Translations under genes and position numbers: made by a program | Assembly: GCF_964355755.1 (NCBI RefSeq) | Contig: NC_092670.1 | Location: 17,036,795 to 17,100,794, forward strand | Length of the DNA stretch: 64,000 bases | Origin: Antedon mediterranea | Taxonomy: Eukaryota > Animalia > Echinodermata | Direction of reading: 5' to 3' | The notes under the pieces: model-generated | Told to the model about the DNA's origin: nothing | The model's database searches: none | The model's input: only the letters and a program-made list of their open reading frames with translations | Shown here: positions 63,221 through 64,000 of the stretch, piece after piece | Layout of the letters: each line of letters begins with the position of its first letter | How positions within the stretch are numbered: position 1 is the stretch's first letter

Positions 63221-64000
63221 TTATAAATTTACTGATCAATAAACTGGTGACACACAATGTATTTGCCATATATGGTCAGTGAATGGAGCTACCACTTTCA
63301 ATAAATCCTATTCAATTCAATTTTTATTTTTTGCATAAATTAAATATATACATACTTTAACTTTAGCATTTTTTAGATATTGAATCATTAAAAAGCCAAG
63401 GGGAATTACAGTTCTCGCCACCAACACCACCACCTACCACCACCAACAACACCACCACTAGTAAAATTTCATCTTTCATCACCAGTTTTTAATAACATGA
63501 CAGATCAAGTATGTGGTAGCTTAGCAGTCACTAAGATCCTTTCAATTTAAATTAATTTTAAATCATTTTTTTGGATCCAATATTTGGTAAAAGTGATGAG
63601 TAAATACTTACTAAATATGTGACATTAAAAAGTTACTATTGTCGTATTGGCATTTATTGTTTGGGAGGGTTTTTAGAGGGGCGTTTATTTTTTGGGTGTA
63701 ATATGGTAACATGTATAATCAAATAAATTTTCCCTAAAAATACAACACAATTAATATCAAGAAGATAATACAGTAACATTTCAAAATTCTTTGTCAATTG
63801 TAGATCAAGGGAATTCAATGAATTTCACTACATATTATAAATGAGTTATAATACAATACTGTGTGTATATGCATGTTGAGGGGGGGGGGGGGGGGGCTGT
63901 TTATTTAAGGAAAAAATAAAGGCCCTGGGGGATTTGAACAGGGGGGGTGGGATGCGTTTATTCATAGCGGGGCGTTTATTTTTTTTTTAAATTATTTTTT

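Overview
AT-rich eukaryotic (metazoan, probably invertebrate; deuterostome affinity is inference) genomic DNA with GT-AG introns. Five protein-coding genes are supported: an 11-exon lipase maturation factor 1 gene (LMF1, + strand, 7838-16672, 590 aa assembled by hand, including an 11-nt micro-exon), a tandem array of three single-coding-exon inward-rectifier K+ channel genes (Kir/KCNJ family, - strand, 34219-56549), and a two-coding-exon Myb/SANT-like (MSANTD/Harbinger-type) DNA-binding protein gene (- strand, 59003-60974). The rest holds MITEs, SINEs, fold-back elements and minisatellites. Most notable: a full-length 5S-rRNA-headed SINE inserted with a target-site duplication into a MITE terminal repeat; a stepwise series of rectification-site and PDZ-motif changes across the three Kir paralogs, which all carry the DxRxxH Na+-sensor motif and a hinge Gly->Ser change; and a fold-back element whose arms carry degenerate Penelope-type hammerhead-ribozyme cores. 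All coordinates and comparisons were read by eye. Comparisons to known families are from memory, not database searches.
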